A stretch of DNA of 64,000 nucleotides from an uncultured delta proteobacterium (lineage in GTDB: Bacteria; Desulfobacterota; Desulfobacteria; Desulfobacterales; UBA11574): contig CAWBNO010000034.1 of the NCBI GenBank assembly GCA_963790095.1, positions 180,681 through 244,680 on the forward strand, read 5' to 3'. A program made the translations under genes and the position numbers. Positions within the stretch are counted from its first letter, which is position 1. The number at the start of each line of letters is the position of its first letter. Below the pieces are notes generated by a model. It had not been told where the DNA came from and searched no databases. It saw nothing but the letters and a program-made list of their open reading frames with translations. Below are positions 1 to 9,318 of the stretch, one piece after another.

Positions 1-246
1 CAAAAGTGAATAGGTGTTGATCCCCTCGATGGCCAATTTGATATTTTCGTGGGTGCCGTCGATGGGGTCATAGTTGAGGCGCCTGTCTTTTCCGGGAATC
101 AGTATATCCAAAAGGGATTCGAGAGCGTTGTTCCACAGCAGTTCTTCTCCGTAGATCAGATACACCGGTGCAGCAGCTTCGGTTTTTCGATTTTCTTCCA
201 ATCCTGTCAAATAATTTTTGAATTCTTTATAATGGATTTCAGGCAT
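1..246 (-). CDS. holA: DNA polymerase III delta subunit-like protein, N-terminal 82 codons (gene runs off the window start)
   Basis: Absent from the ORF track because it is open to position 1. The minus-strand ATG at 246-244 gives MPEIHYKEFKNYLTGLEENRKTEAAAPVYLIYGEELLWNNALESLLDILIPGKDRRLNYDPIDGTHENIKLAIEGINTYSLL. The VYLIYGEE block is typical of HolA N-termini (recognised from memory, not searched). Confidence 0.45.
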   Translation of the reverse strand, partial: MPEIHYKEFKNYLTGLEENRKTEAAAPVYLIYGEELLWNNALESLLDILIPGKDRRLNYDPIDGTHENIKLAIEGINTYSLL

Positions 247-286
247 AATTTTTGTTTTTCTTCTATAATTTGCTTGGAGAAAAATT

Positions 287-353
287 GAGCTAAAATTTCT
301 AAAAGTGAGTAGAATGCCTAAAATGAGCTAAAATGCCTAAATTGCCTAAAATT
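287..353. repeat. Array of seven phased 9-10 bp units (GAGCTAAAAT / GCCTAAAAT type)
   Basis: Units start at 287, 297, 307, 316, 325, 335 and 344, so A-tracts recur at about helical periodicity. The 22-mer GCCTAAAATGAGCTAAAATGCC (316-337) recurs exactly at 7963-7984. The array lies 40-107 bp upstream of the minus-strand start at 246. Confidence 0.7.
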
Positions 354-444
354 GGCAGATAAACTCCGCCGCCGCCCCACTCAAATGGGGTCAGCGTTCA
401 CTCGAACCCCCGAACCCTTGACCCATCGAATCCTTTATTCTTTG

Positions 445-912
445 TTATTCCGGCATTTTTCTGAAAAGAAGATGAAACAAAAAAATAGTAACGCCAATGG
501 ATATGGCGCTGTCGGCGATATTAAACGCAGGCCAGTGGTAGCTTCCCATGTAAACATCTAAAAAATCGACAACACTTCCGAAGCGAAATCGATCAATGAG
601 ATTGCCGATGGCACCTCCGAACACCAAGGCAAACCCTGAAGCAAGCCAAGGGTGTGTCTTTGGGGTGTTTTTATAAAAATAAAAAATCAGGCAGACGGCC
701 AAAGATGAAATCACGATAAAAAGTACATTGCGCAAACTCGAGCTTTGATGGGCCATAAATCCAAAGGCGCCGCCGGGGTTAAGAATATGGGTGATATCGA
801 AAAACCCGGGAATCACCGTAATAGAATGGTGAAGTGGAAGTTTGCTTGTTATTAATAGTTTGGTGATCTGGTCAAAAACCACCACCAAACCGGAAATAAC
901 AGCAAGTTTCAT
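445..912 (-). CDS. lspA: Lipoprotein signal peptidase (signal peptidase II)
   Basis: ORF 445..960. The likely start is the ATG at 912 (MKLAVISGLVVVFDQITK). Contains the GNLIDRFRFGSVVDF and FNIADSAISIGV motifs and four hydrophobic segments. Sits downstream of ileS as in the classic ileS-lspA pair. Confidence 0.9.
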   Translation of the reverse strand: MKLAVISGLVVVFDQITKLLITSKLPLHHSITVIPGFFDITHILNPGGAFGFMAHQSSSLRNVLFIVISSLAVCLIFYFYKNTPKTHPWLASGFALVFGGAIGNLIDRFRFGSVVDFLDVYMGSYHWPAFNIADSAISIGVTIFLFHLLFRKMPE

Positions 913-1107
913 ATATTTGCCGAATCTGAAACTCGATTCGCCTGAAAAAATAGAAAACACGTTTATTTTACTCCCGAAATTGACGCGTTATGGAATCGTA
1001 AAAACAATATTTTCTCGCAAAGTCGCCAAGAACACCAAGAAAAATTCATTTAAGATTAATCCGTTAACTTTGCGGCTTGGCGTAAGATTTTGACTCTTTA
1101 TAAGTGT

Positions 1108-1273
1108 GTCAAATTTGACAAACTCGTAAAAAATCCGACTTAGACGGTTTCGTAAAAAGGTCAAATTCAAGGCGTGCAAATTTTGCAATCATGAGGCATA
1201 CTTATCGTACGTTGAATGATTGCGAAATGCAGCGCAACGCAGAAGTTGGACTTTTTACGAAACCGTCAAGTTT
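1108..1273. mobile_element. Foldback MITE-like repeat (TCGTAAAAAGTC family), composite copy
   Basis: GACGGTTTCGTAAAAAGGTC at 1143 pairs with GACTTTTTACGAAACCGTC ending at 1267. The internal arms are also complementary (GCAAATTTTGCAATCAT / ATGATTGCGAAATGC). Extra half-ends lie at 1111-1140 (AAATTTGACAAACTCGTAAAAAATC) and near 990-1010. The right end abuts the ileS stop codon. Confidence 0.7.
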
Positions 1274-4076
1274 AATCAGGAGAAATTCGGGACAGGGCAT
1301 CCTGACACCGGCTGCAGATTGTCGGCCGTTCTAAATCTGACCCCACGGAAATATCATGTACCCAGCAGCGTTCACATTTATCGCCTTCGGCGGAATCGAC
1401 CCGAATGGCCAAACCCTTGACATCCTGGCATTCAAAGGCCCCGTCAGGTTTTTCCCCTTTGATCAGTTGGGTTTTTGAAACAATAAAAATGCTTCTTAGG
1501 TCATCTTTATAGGGGTAAAGTCTTTCATAAAGGTCATCATTTGCATAGAGGGTCACCACGGCATCGAGGGAATGTCCGACAATCTTTTTAACCCTTGCGT
1601 CCTCGATGGATTTTGTCACCTCTCCACGAATTTCAAGCAGTTGTTTCCAATTTTCTGCCAGTCTTTCATCTTTCCATGCTTTATTGACCATTGGAAGAGA
1701 ACTCAGGTGAACGCTGTCGGCATTTTCTTCACGACCCGGCATGTGATTCCAGATCTCTTCTGCTGTAAAAGCAAGGATCGGTGCCATTATCCTCGACAGG
1801 AAATCCAGAAGAATATAAATGACGGTTTGCGCGCTTTTTCTTTCCGATGATTCCGGCGGCGCGGTGTATAACCTGTCTTTGAGAATGTCCAGGTAAAACG
1901 CAGAAAGATCGACGATGCAGTAATTGTACAGGGTATGATAAATAATATGAAATTCGTAAGTTTTGTAAGCCTTTAGTGCTCGCTCGATCAACTCCTGAAG
2001 CCTGTGCAGTGCAAACCGGTCGATTTCCGGCATGGCTTCATAGGGAACCCGGTCCTTTGAAGGATCGAAATCAAATAGATTGCCGAGCATAAATCTGCTG
2101 GTATTTCTTATTCTCCGATATGCATCGCTCAACTGTTTCAGAATATTTTCAGAAATGCGGACATCGTCCCTGTAATCGGATGCAGACACCCACAGACGGA
2201 GAATCTCGGCACCATGTTTTTTAATAACTTCTTCCGGAGCCACAACGTTTCCAAGGGACTTTGACATTTTTTTGCCGTGTGCATCCACAACGAATCCGTG
2301 GGTCAGAACAGCTTCATAGGGCGCCCGTCCCCGAGTCCCAACCGCCGTGAGGAGGGAGCTGTGGAACCATCCCCGGTGCTGATCGCTTCCTTCAAGGTAA
2401 AGATCGGCGGGCCATTTCAAATAGGAACGTTCTTCTAGGACCGCTGCATGGCTTACGCCGGAATCGAACCAAACATCCAGAATGTCGTCTTCTTTTACAA
2501 AGGTGTTGTTGCCGCAGGTATCACATACAAGATCTTCGGGAAGTAATTCCTTTACATTCTTTTCAAACCATACGTCGGCACCATGTTCCTTGAAAAGTTT
2601 GTAGATGCGTTGGATGATCTCTTCGTTCAAATACAAAGATTCGCATTTCTCGCAATAAAATAACGCGATGGGAACCCCCCACGCCCGCTGCCTGGAAACG
2701 CACCAGTCCGGACGATTTTCGATCATGCCGTAAATTCTTTCTCTTCCCCAATGGGGAATCCAGTCCACCTTGTCGATGGCTTCAAGGGCATTCTTTCTCA
2801 ATCCGGTCTTGTCCATGGATATGAACCACTGGGGCGTGGCCCGAAAAATTACCGGCTTTTTACAGCGCCAGCAATGGGGATAAGAATGTTTCATTTCCTC
2901 CCGGAGGACCAGGGCTCCGTTTTCCTGAAGCTTGGCAACGATATCCGAATTGGCTTCGAATACAAATCGGCCGCTGAAGGGGGCGGCTTCCTGGGTAAAA
3001 CAGCCCGCATCGTCCACAGGGGAATACGCCTCCAGATCATAGAGAAGACCCACTTCATAGTCTTCACCCCCGTGGCCGGGAGCTGTATGAACACAACCGG
3101 TTCCGGCTTCCAGAGTTACATGGGAGCCTAAAATTATCAATGATTCACGGTCGTATAGGGGATGTCGGCATTTCTTCCGTTCAAGACTGCCGGATCCCAG
3201 TTCAGCCAGTATGGAAAAATCGGAAAATCCAAAGGATTTCATACACCCTTCAACCAGCTCCTTGGCCAGAATCAGCACGTCTCCATTTTTTGTATCCACA
3301 GCAGCATACGTAAAATCCGGGTGCAGCGCTATGGCGAGATTTGCCGGGATGGTCCAGGGCGTTGTTGTCCAAATCACCACGAACACGTTTTTTCCGGCCA
3401 GCCCGGGAATCTGGTCGCTCAAATCATCTTCCACCGGAAATTTAACAAAAATCGATGGTGACGACTCATCGTGATATTCAATCTCCGCTTCGGCAAGGGC
3501 CGTTTGACAGCTGCAACACCAGTATATGGGTTTTTTACTTCGAAAAAGACTGCCATCCATGGCAAATTTACTGCACTCATGGGCAATGGTGGCTTCATAG
3601 GCGAAGTTCATGGTCAAATACGGATTTTCCCATTCCCCCATGACACCCAGTCGTTTGAATTCTTCCCGCTGTATATCGATAAATTTTTCAGCATATGCCC
3701 GACACGCCCTGCGAATTTCGGCCTGGGTCATTTTAAATTTCTTGGCCCCCAATTCTTTTTCAACATTGTGTTCGATGGGAAGCCCGTGGCAATCCCAGCC
3801 CGGAACATATACCGCGTCAAGTCCGGACATTTGCCGTGAGCGGACGATAATATCCTTCAGGATTTTGTTGAGTGCCGTACCGATATGAATATGCCCGTTG
3901 GCATAGGGCGGTCCATCGTGCAGAATGAATAGCTCACGGCCCGAGGAAGATTGTCGGATCTTTTCGTACAAACGGTTTTCTTCCCAGGATCTCAACTGTT
4001 CGGGCTCACGATTTGCCAGGCGGGCCTTCATGGGAAATTTTGTTTTTGGCAGGTTGAGCGTCTTCTTATAGTCCAT
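1272..4076 (-). CDS. ileS: Isoleucine--tRNA ligase
   Basis: 934 aa. Contains the class I signature [17 protein letters not shown] ([10 protein letters not shown]), an editing-domain-length insert and a C-terminal Zn-binding CxxC..CxxC (CERCW...CSRC). Confidence 0.97.
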   Translation of the reverse strand: MDYKKTLNLPKTKFPMKARLANREPEQLRSWEENRLYEKIRQSSSGRELFILHDGPPYANGHIHIGTALNKILKDIIVRSRQMSGLDAVYVPGWDCHGLPIEHNVEKELGAKKFKMTQAEIRRACRAYAEKFIDIQREEFKRLGVMGEWENPYLTMNFAYEATIAHECSKFAMDGSLFRSKKPIYWCCSCQTALAEAEIEYHDESSPSIFVKFPVEDDLSDQIPGLAGKNVFVVIWTTTPWTIPANLAIALHPDFTYAAVDTKNGDVLILAKELVEGCMKSFGFSDFSILAELGSGSLERKKCRHPLYDRESLIILGSHVTLEAGTGCVHTAPGHGGEDYEVGLLYDLEAYSPVDDAGCFTQEAAPFSGRFVFEANSDIVAKLQENGALVLREEMKHSYPHCWRCKKPVIFRATPQWFISMDKTGLRKNALEAIDKVDWIPHWGRERIYGMIENRPDWCVSRQRAWGVPIALFYCEKCESLYLNEEIIQRIYKLFKEHGADVWFEKNVKELLPEDLVCDTCGNNTFVKEDDILDVWFDSGVSHAAVLEERSYLKWPADLYLEGSDQHRGWFHSSLLTAVGTRGRAPYEAVLTHGFVVDAHGKKMSKSLGNVVAPEEVIKKHGAEILRLWVSASDYRDDVRISENILKQLSDAYRRIRNTSRFMLGNLFDFDPSKDRVPYEAMPEIDRFALHRLQELIERALKAYKTYEFHIIYHTLYNYCIVDLSAFYLDILKDRLYTAPPESSERKSAQTVIYILLDFLSRIMAPILAFTAEEIWNHMPGREENADSVHLSSLPMVNKAWKDERLAENWKQLLEIRGEVTKSIEDARVKKIVGHSLDAVVTLYANDDLYERLYPYKDDLRSIFIVSKTQLIKGEKPDGAFECQDVKGLAIRVDSAEGDKCERCWVHDISVGSDLERPTICSRCQDALSRISPD

Positions 4077-4246
4077 ATGTCCTCCAGAATCGGATTTTAT
4101 TTCACCTTAAATCCGAACAATAAGTTTGATAAATTTGTAAAAAGTGAAACGTGAAATGTAAAACGACACCATTTAGCACATTAAGGGGAAACATTACACA
4201 ACATATAAATTTTTGACGTTTAACTTTTTACTTTTTAAGGAACTAT

Positions 4247-4449
4247 CAAGTTTGACGAACTCGTAAAAAGTCTTTTGTAAGCGAAATCTGATCATTTGGG
4301 GATCCAGCGTTTCAAACGGTGATGCGTTAAAAATTTCAAGCTGTTTGAGGAGCTTGCGACGAGTTCTTGAAATTTAGCATCACTGCTTGAAACGCCCCCA
4401 AATGGTCACTGAGCGAGCAAAATGGACTTTTTACGAAACCATTAAGTTT
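4247..4449. mobile_element. Foldback MITE-like repeat (TCGTAAAAAGTC family), long ~200-bp form
   Basis: The left end is CAAGTTTGACGAACTCGTAAAAAGTC and the right end is GACTTTTTACGAAACCATTAAGTTT. The arms are complementary along most of their length (ATCATTTGGGG/CCCCAAATGG, AAAATTTCAAG/CTTGAAATTT). An additional degenerate end, AAGTTTGATAAATTTGTAAAAAGTG, lies at 4121-4146. Confidence 0.75.
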
Positions 4450-4680
4450 AAAAATCGAAAATTACTTTTAAATCCATTTACTGTCAAGGAAATACCTGCA
4501 GCCGAGAGGGTTAACGTATTTGATTGCGGACCCGGGAAGCGACGGCGCATTTTTCTTGGAAACCGACGGGTTGTTTGAAAGGCTTTGGCACGCGTTGGTC
4601 AGCAAAAAACCCGAACATTTTTTTTGGTTCGGGTTGGGCACTCCTAAATCTATAACCGGTTTGGACGTTTCTGTGAAAAG

Positions 4681-5187
4681 TTAATATATTCCAAGACTTT
4701 TCAAAACATGATTGATCCCCAGTTTTTTGACCTTCAATCTTAGAAACTCGGAAATCGTCGGCTGAAACGGCTTGACCCTGAGATACATACCTGCTTCCGA
4801 TGGGGTTCTTCCACCTTTGGTGTTATTACACGGTTTGCAGGAAGCAACGCAGTTTTCGAAGCTTGTTTTGCCGTTCCTCGATTTGGGAATGATATGGTCG
4901 ATGGTCAGTCTTTGGTTATTGTTTCCGCAATACGCACACTTGAATCCGTCCCGAACAAGAACATTCTTTTTGCTGAATGGCACTCTGTTGAGATATAATT
5001 TTCGGATAAGTTTTATCAGCTTCATTACCAGGGGAACTTTGACTGCAACACCTTCCGCCGTTCGGATTATCCTGTCAGACTGCCTTAAAACCTGTACCTT
5101 GTCTTTTGCGATGAGGCACATGGCCCGTTTCCAATCCACCATATTCAGAAAGGTGTAATCGGCATTCAGCAAAACACATTGATCCAT
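4681..5187 (-). CDS. HNH endonuclease family protein
   Basis: 168 aa with CAYCG...LTIDHIIPKSRNG...NCVASCKPCNNTKG, a His-Me finger with two Cys pairs. Confidence 0.8.
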   Translation of the reverse strand: MDQCVLLNADYTFLNMVDWKRAMCLIAKDKVQVLRQSDRIIRTAEGVAVKVPLVMKLIKLIRKLYLNRVPFSKKNVLVRDGFKCAYCGNNNQRLTIDHIIPKSRNGKTSFENCVASCKPCNNTKGGRTPSEAGMYLRVKPFQPTISEFLRLKVKKLGINHVLKSLGIY

Positions 5188-5279
5188 ATCTTTCTCCCAG
5201 ATTCAAGTTGTCCAGAGCTTTATACATGATTCTGAAAAACAAATCAATATCTCTTTAAACCCCGATTATTTTTCGGCGA

Positions 5280-5885
5280 CTAATTTTTCAATCTTCCAAC
5301 AGGCATCATATAAAGGGGTTCCTCGTCGGTCTGACACTGTAATATTTTTTTCACCTGACCGTCGTTAAATGCACCGATGGTCACCGTCCCGAGGTTCAGC
5401 GAAACCGCCTGCAGACAAACATTCTGAGCAGAATGACCCGCCTCCATAAACACATACCTCATTCCCCTTTGACCATATTTAACGGTAACTCGACGGTAAA
5501 TCGCACACAACACGATGACCGCCGGGGCATTTTTTACCGCCTGCTGATTCAATGCCGCCCGGCTCAACGCTGTTCTTTGATCCCCTACAACAATTTTAGA
5601 TAACCCGTGACCGTGGGGATCGTACTTATAGATCCCTTCACCGAGGGCCGTTACTTTTCCCACGACTATATAGAACTCCAGGGGATAAAGTGCCCCGGCG
5701 GAAGGTGCGGTTCTGAACCCTCTGGAATGGGTGATACCCTGGGCAGCCCACAGCAGCTGGGAGATTTCAGCAAGGGTTAAGGGTTCGTCCGGATAGCGTC
5801 TGACAGACCTTCTTTTTGCCAAAGTGTTTTCCAGCGACCCGGGGCTGTCATATCGGGGTTGGGGCAGTTGTATGATTTTCGGCAA
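5280..5885 (-). CDS. SagB/ThcOx-type nitroreductase-family dehydrogenase
   Basis: 201 aa with KRRSVRRY, LSQLLWAAQGIT, RTAPSAGALYPLEFY and MEAGH, typical of the SagB-type nitroreductase fold. The start is a TTG with a poor RBS; see the finding on the upstream out-of-frame signal-like ORF. Confidence 0.7.
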   Translation of the reverse strand: MPKIIQLPQPRYDSPGSLENTLAKRRSVRRYPDEPLTLAEISQLLWAAQGITHSRGFRTAPSAGALYPLEFYIVVGKVTALGEGIYKYDPHGHGLSKIVVGDQRTALSRAALNQQAVKNAPAVIVLCAIYRRVTVKYGQRGMRYVFMEAGHSAQNVCLQAVSLNLGTVTIGAFNDGQVKKILQCQTDEEPLYMMPVGRLKN

Positions 5886-6490
5886 GATTTTCCCGGTTCA
5901 TGCATTCTCCTGTCTTCAAGGGGCAAACCATCCCCACCGCCAAAAGGACCCCGGGGATTAGGATCGAATTTAGTAATTTCATGGTTTGAATCTCAGTTGG
6001 GGTAAAATTCGCTGGGACGGAACTCGGGCAAACCACAGGAAGGTTTTGAAATGGCTTCAAATCTTCCCGGAAAATGATTTGTATCAAATACTGTTTTGCT
6101 TAACAAGCAATAATCGATTCTTTATTCCACCATGGCGGATATATCGGATCAGTCCAAAGCAGGAAAATTTTGCTATTTTCAGTTACAGAGATAGAAGACA
6201 AAGTCCGTCTTGTGAAATAATTTATTTTGACATGGGCGATAAATATTTGTAAAAGATGTGATAAAGTAATTATTTACATAGATTTTAGGTGGTTTTTTGC
6301 ATAATTTTACAGATTTTGCTTTGAGTTTGCAATCCTATCGGCGCCCGGCAATTAATGTAAGTATTCAATTTCTAACCCAAATAGCCCTTAACCACCTGGC
6401 TTTGCATGGTTTTTGCATGAAAAGCGAACAGTGAAAAGCCCTTATTCTAATACAAACGATTATTTTTTCACAAAAGGAAGGAGGTAGAAG

Positions 6491-7141
6491 ATGAAGAAGA
6501 AAATTGTTGTTTCGTTTTTTGTTGTTTCTACCCTTGTGTTGGTTTTCGGTCAGGTCGGTTTTGCCCAGGACATGAAAGGAAAATTCGGCATTGGCGCAAG
6601 AATAGGCTACGTTAATTATTCAGGAGACGATTATAACGATGAAGGTTGTAGAATTGATGTCGATTTTGATGATGCTGCCATGTATGGAGGAAATATTGTC
6701 TATTATATTCAGAGATATCTCTCTTTTGAATTAAGTGCCGATTATGTCAAAACGGATACCGAAGTAAAAGGTTATGATGTGAGCCCTGCAAATTTAGGTG
6801 AATTGAAACAGGTTCCCATCATATTGAACGGACGCTTCCACTTCTCCACAAATCAGAAGATAAGCCCATATTTGAGTGCCGGAATAGGTTATTATTTTAA
6901 CGATTTCGATCTGTCAGACTCATCGTCAGGTGATGAGATAAACCCGGACGATAGTTTTGGGTTCAATCTTGGTGGAGGTATTCAATTCCTTCTTAATGAA
7001 CATTTTGCCATTGATCTTGATTTAAAATATATATGGAACAAAACTGATTTCGAATTTAAATCTCATGGAAAGCCAACAGAAGAAGTTTCAATTGATTTGG
7101 ACAACTTCTATGCAGGAATCGGTTTGAAATTCTATTTTTAA
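6491..7141 (+). CDS. Outer-membrane beta-barrel protein (OmpW/porin-like)
   Basis: 216 aa. RBS GGAAGGAGG upstream, signal peptide MKKKIVVSFFVVSTLVLVFGQVGFA, alternating amphipathic beta-strands, and a C-terminal ...GIGLKFYF with terminal Phe. Confidence 0.7.
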   Translation: MKKKIVVSFFVVSTLVLVFGQVGFAQDMKGKFGIGARIGYVNYSGDDYNDEGCRIDVDFDDAAMYGGNIVYYIQRYLSFELSADYVKTDTEVKGYDVSPANLGELKQVPIILNGRFHFSTNQKISPYLSAGIGYYFNDFDLSDSSSGDEINPDDSFGFNLGGGIQFLLNEHFAIDLDLKYIWNKTDFEFKSHGKPTEEVSIDLDNFYAGIGLKFYF

Positions 7142-7212
7142 GAAAAATTTATTCCCCTGCACCGGATCTCTCACCAGGTAGAGCGGCTCAGGAACAAGAC
7201 CTTGAACCCAAT

Positions 7213-7250
7213 AAAAGGGGTTAGCCCCATTCTGCTAACCCCTTTAATTT
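7213..7250. terminator. Bidirectional intrinsic terminator
   Basis: The stem AAGGGGTTAGC (7215-7225) pairs with GCTAACCCCTT (7234-7244) around an 8-nt loop. It is T-rich on both sides (AATTTATTT on +, CCCCTTTTATT on -). It sits between the + strand OMP gene and the - strand tRNA-Leu. Confidence 0.75.
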
Positions 7251-7253
7251 ATT

Positions 7254-7342
7254 TGGTGCCCGGGACGAGAATTGAACTCGTACAGAGACTAAGCTCCGAG
7301 GGATTTTAAGTCCCTTGCGTCTACCAGTTCCGCCACCCAGGC
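7254..7342 (-). tRNA. tRNA-Leu (anticodon UAA)
   Basis: The reverse complement reads GCCTGGGTGGCGGAACTGGTAGACGCAAGGGACTTAAAATCCCTCGGAGCTTAGTCTCTGTACGAGTTCAATTCTCGTCCCGGGCACCA. It has a 7-bp acceptor stem (one G-U), a D-loop AACTGGTAGA, an anticodon stem AGGGA/TCCCT with loop CTTAAAA, a long variable arm, a T-arm ACGAG-TTCAATT-CTCGT, and an encoded CCA. Confidence 0.93.
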
Positions 7343-7504
7343 AAGGATATCTATTATTTTCGGAAGGTTGTCGGTTTTTTTTTAAGTACTGCATAAATTA
7401 CAAAAGGCTTGGATTGTCTTTCCATGCCCCTGTCAAACTCCGAACAGATTTTCAGATAACTTAAAATTTGAGTGATTACAAGAAAAATGATTTTAAGCAG
7501 GGTG

Positions 7505-7873
7505 TTATTTTTCTTCCAGATCGGAAGCGCGTCGTTTATAATCCGAATTGCCGGGATCTATATCGAGCGCCTTTTTAAAATCGGCGAGGGCGCGTTTAAC
7601 ATCTCCTTTGCTCTGCCAGGCTTCGCCGCGTCCGATCCATGCATCCGTGTCGTATGGATCGTTTTTAACGGCTTGTGTAAAATCGGCGATGGCCTGTTCA
7701 AAGTTTCCTTTGTTTGCCCAGGCAATCGCTCGGTAGTAGAGGGCATCGGAATGTTCGGGATCTATTTGTAGAACTTTTGTAAAAATCCGGATGGCATCAG
7801 CGTATTTATCGGCATTAAAACGGCTAAGACCTTCATCAAATAAATCCTCTAAATCCTCGACTTCATAGTTCAT
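7505..7873 (-). CDS. Tetratricopeptide (TPR) repeat protein
   Basis: 122 aa with three tandem 34-aa units showing the A..Y/F..A...G....A..DF..A pattern (YYRAIAWANKGNFEQAIADFTQAVKNDP and similar). Confidence 0.75.
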   Translation of the reverse strand: MNYEVEDLEDLFDEGLSRFNADKYADAIRIFTKVLQIDPEHSDALYYRAIAWANKGNFEQAIADFTQAVKNDPYDTDAWIGRGEAWQSKGDVKRALADFKKALDIDPGNSDYKRRASDLEEK

Positions 7874-7962
7874 GCGTTATACTCCTAAAAATATATATCC
7901 GGGTCCAGAGGGGCCGGCTTCGGGTTACCCCTGGAAGGAGATTGTTCTTCCATAAATCAAGC

Positions 7963-8001
7963 GCCTAAAATGAGCTAAAATGCCAAAAAGTGCCTATTTA
8001 T
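7963..8001. repeat. Second phased GCCTAAAAT/GAGCTAAAAT array (4 units)
   Basis: Contains an exact copy of the 22-mer GCCTAAAATGAGCTAAAATGCC at 7963-7984. Lies 90-130 bp upstream of the minus-strand TPR start at 7873. Confidence 0.65.
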
Positions 8002-8190
8002 CCCGTATTAGATGGGGAAATTAAGGGAAGCGCTTTCAGGGCAAATCATTCTAAACAATTATTTTAACAAACCCGTAAGCATAAAACAAGGGCCCAAACC
8101 ACCCTTTGCAGTGGGAACGCATTCGATTTCGGTACAGCGAAGCGACGGCGTGTTTCTTTTGGATAGCGATGGTTGCTTATTTGTTTTCAA

Positions 8191-8219
8191 TTGACACCAA
8201 CATCCCATTTCTCTATATT
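8191..8219 (+). promoter_or_regulatory. Sigma-70-type promoter for the BMP ABC transporter operon
   Basis: TTGACA (8191-8196), a 17-nt spacer and TATATT (8214-8219). The ATG at 8250 is preceded by GAAGGAGG. Confidence 0.55.
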
Positions 8220-8249
8220 TATTGTAACAAAAATCGAAGGAGGTGCTGT

Positions 8250-9311
8250 ATGCGTAGGGCAATGTTTATTGGGGTTTTTATCTCTGTTTTCACCTGGGGT
8301 GTCGCTTTTGCGGCGGATTCGCCGATGAAGGTCGGATTCGTTTATGTTTCACCCATCGGCGACGCTGGTTGGTCGTATGCCCACGACCTGGGAAGACAGA
8401 GCATCGAGGCCATGGACGGGGTAACCACGTCATTTGTCGAAGATGTCCCCGAAGGGCCGGATTCCGAGCGTGTCATGCTCAATATGGCCAGAAAAAATTA
8501 CAACCTGATATTTGCAACCAGTTACGGGTATATGGACCCCATGCTCAAGGTGGCCAAACAGTTCCCCGACATTGTCTTTATGCATTGCTCCGGGTTCAAA
8601 ACCGCAAAGAATATGGGGAACTACTTCGGGCGAATGTATCAGGCTCGATATCTTTCGGGAATGGTGGCCGGTGCCATGACCCAATCCAAAATACTGGGTT
8701 ATGTGGCGGCATTTCCAATTCCAGAGGTCATCCGGGGCATCAATGCCTTTGCACTCGGGGCACAGTCCGTGAATCCCGATATCAAGGTTCGGGTGGTTTG
8801 GACCAAAACCTGGTACGATCCGGCCACTGAAAAAGAAGCTGCCAAAAGCCTTCTGGATGTGGGAGCGGATGTGATCGCCCAGCATCAGGATTCGCCGGCA
8901 CCACAGGAAGCCGCGCAGGAAAAGGGGGTTTATTCTGTGGGATACAATTCCGATATGTCCAAGTTTGCTCCCAAGTCCCACCTTTGCGCACCCATATGGA
9001 ACTGGAGTTCATTCTACAAAGAAATGGTGGAAAAAGTTCGACAGGGCACTTGGAAAAGCGAGTCCATCTGGTACGGTCTTGAATACGGAATCGTGGATAT
9101 CACCCCAATGGGAAGCATGGTTCCGGAAGCGGTTCAAAAGCGCGTTTTGGCCAAAAAAGTCGAAATCGCCTCCGGCAAGGCCAAGGTGTTTGTGGGCCCC
9201 ATAAAAGATCAGTCCGGCAAGCTTCGCATCCCAAAGGACACGCCTGCTAACGATAAGGAATTGCTGGGCATGACCTGGTTTGTCGAGGGCGTCGTCGGAA
9301 CAACACAGTAA
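8250..9311 (+). CDS. BMP-family (basic membrane protein/PnrA-like) ABC transporter substrate-binding protein
   Basis: ORF 8106..9311. The likely start is ATG 8250 (MRRAMFIGVFISVFTWGVAFA signal peptide). Contains KVGFVYVSPIGDAGWSYAHD and YGYMDP..., typical of the purine-nucleoside-binding BMP family. Confidence 0.85.
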   Translation: MRRAMFIGVFISVFTWGVAFAADSPMKVGFVYVSPIGDAGWSYAHDLGRQSIEAMDGVTTSFVEDVPEGPDSERVMLNMARKNYNLIFATSYGYMDPMLKVAKQFPDIVFMHCSGFKTAKNMGNYFGRMYQARYLSGMVAGAMTQSKILGYVAAFPIPEVIRGINAFALGAQSVNPDIKVRVVWTKTWYDPATEKEAAKSLLDVGADVIAQHQDSPAPQEAAQEKGVYSVGYNSDMSKFAPKSHLCAPIWNWSSFYKEMVEKVRQGTWKSESIWYGLEYGIVDITPMGSMVPEAVQKRVLAKKVEIASGKAKVFVGPIKDQSGKLRIPKDTPANDKELLGMTWFVEGVVGTTQ

Positions 9312-9318
9312 CCGCTCA

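Noticed and set aside
4586-4603. Sigma-54 promoter-like TGGCAC motifs (4586-4603 TTGGCACGCGTTGGTCAG; also CTGGCTAAATTGCAAG on the minus strand inside the 49076-49274 repeat)
   Set aside because: The GG-to-GC spacing does not match the -24/-12 consensus (TGGCACG-N4-TTGC) in either case.
4681-5885. SagB-type dehydrogenase plus HNH protein as a thiazole/oxazole (TOMM) RiPP cluster
   Set aside because: No YcaO cyclodehydratase, precursor peptide or transporter is nearby. SagB-type nitroreductases commonly occur alone.
7990-8249. Purine riboswitch in the leader of the BMP/gpt operon
   Set aside because: I could not find the conserved purine-riboswitch loop and junction sequences or a three-way junction. 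The predicted promoter leaves only a ~30-nt leader.
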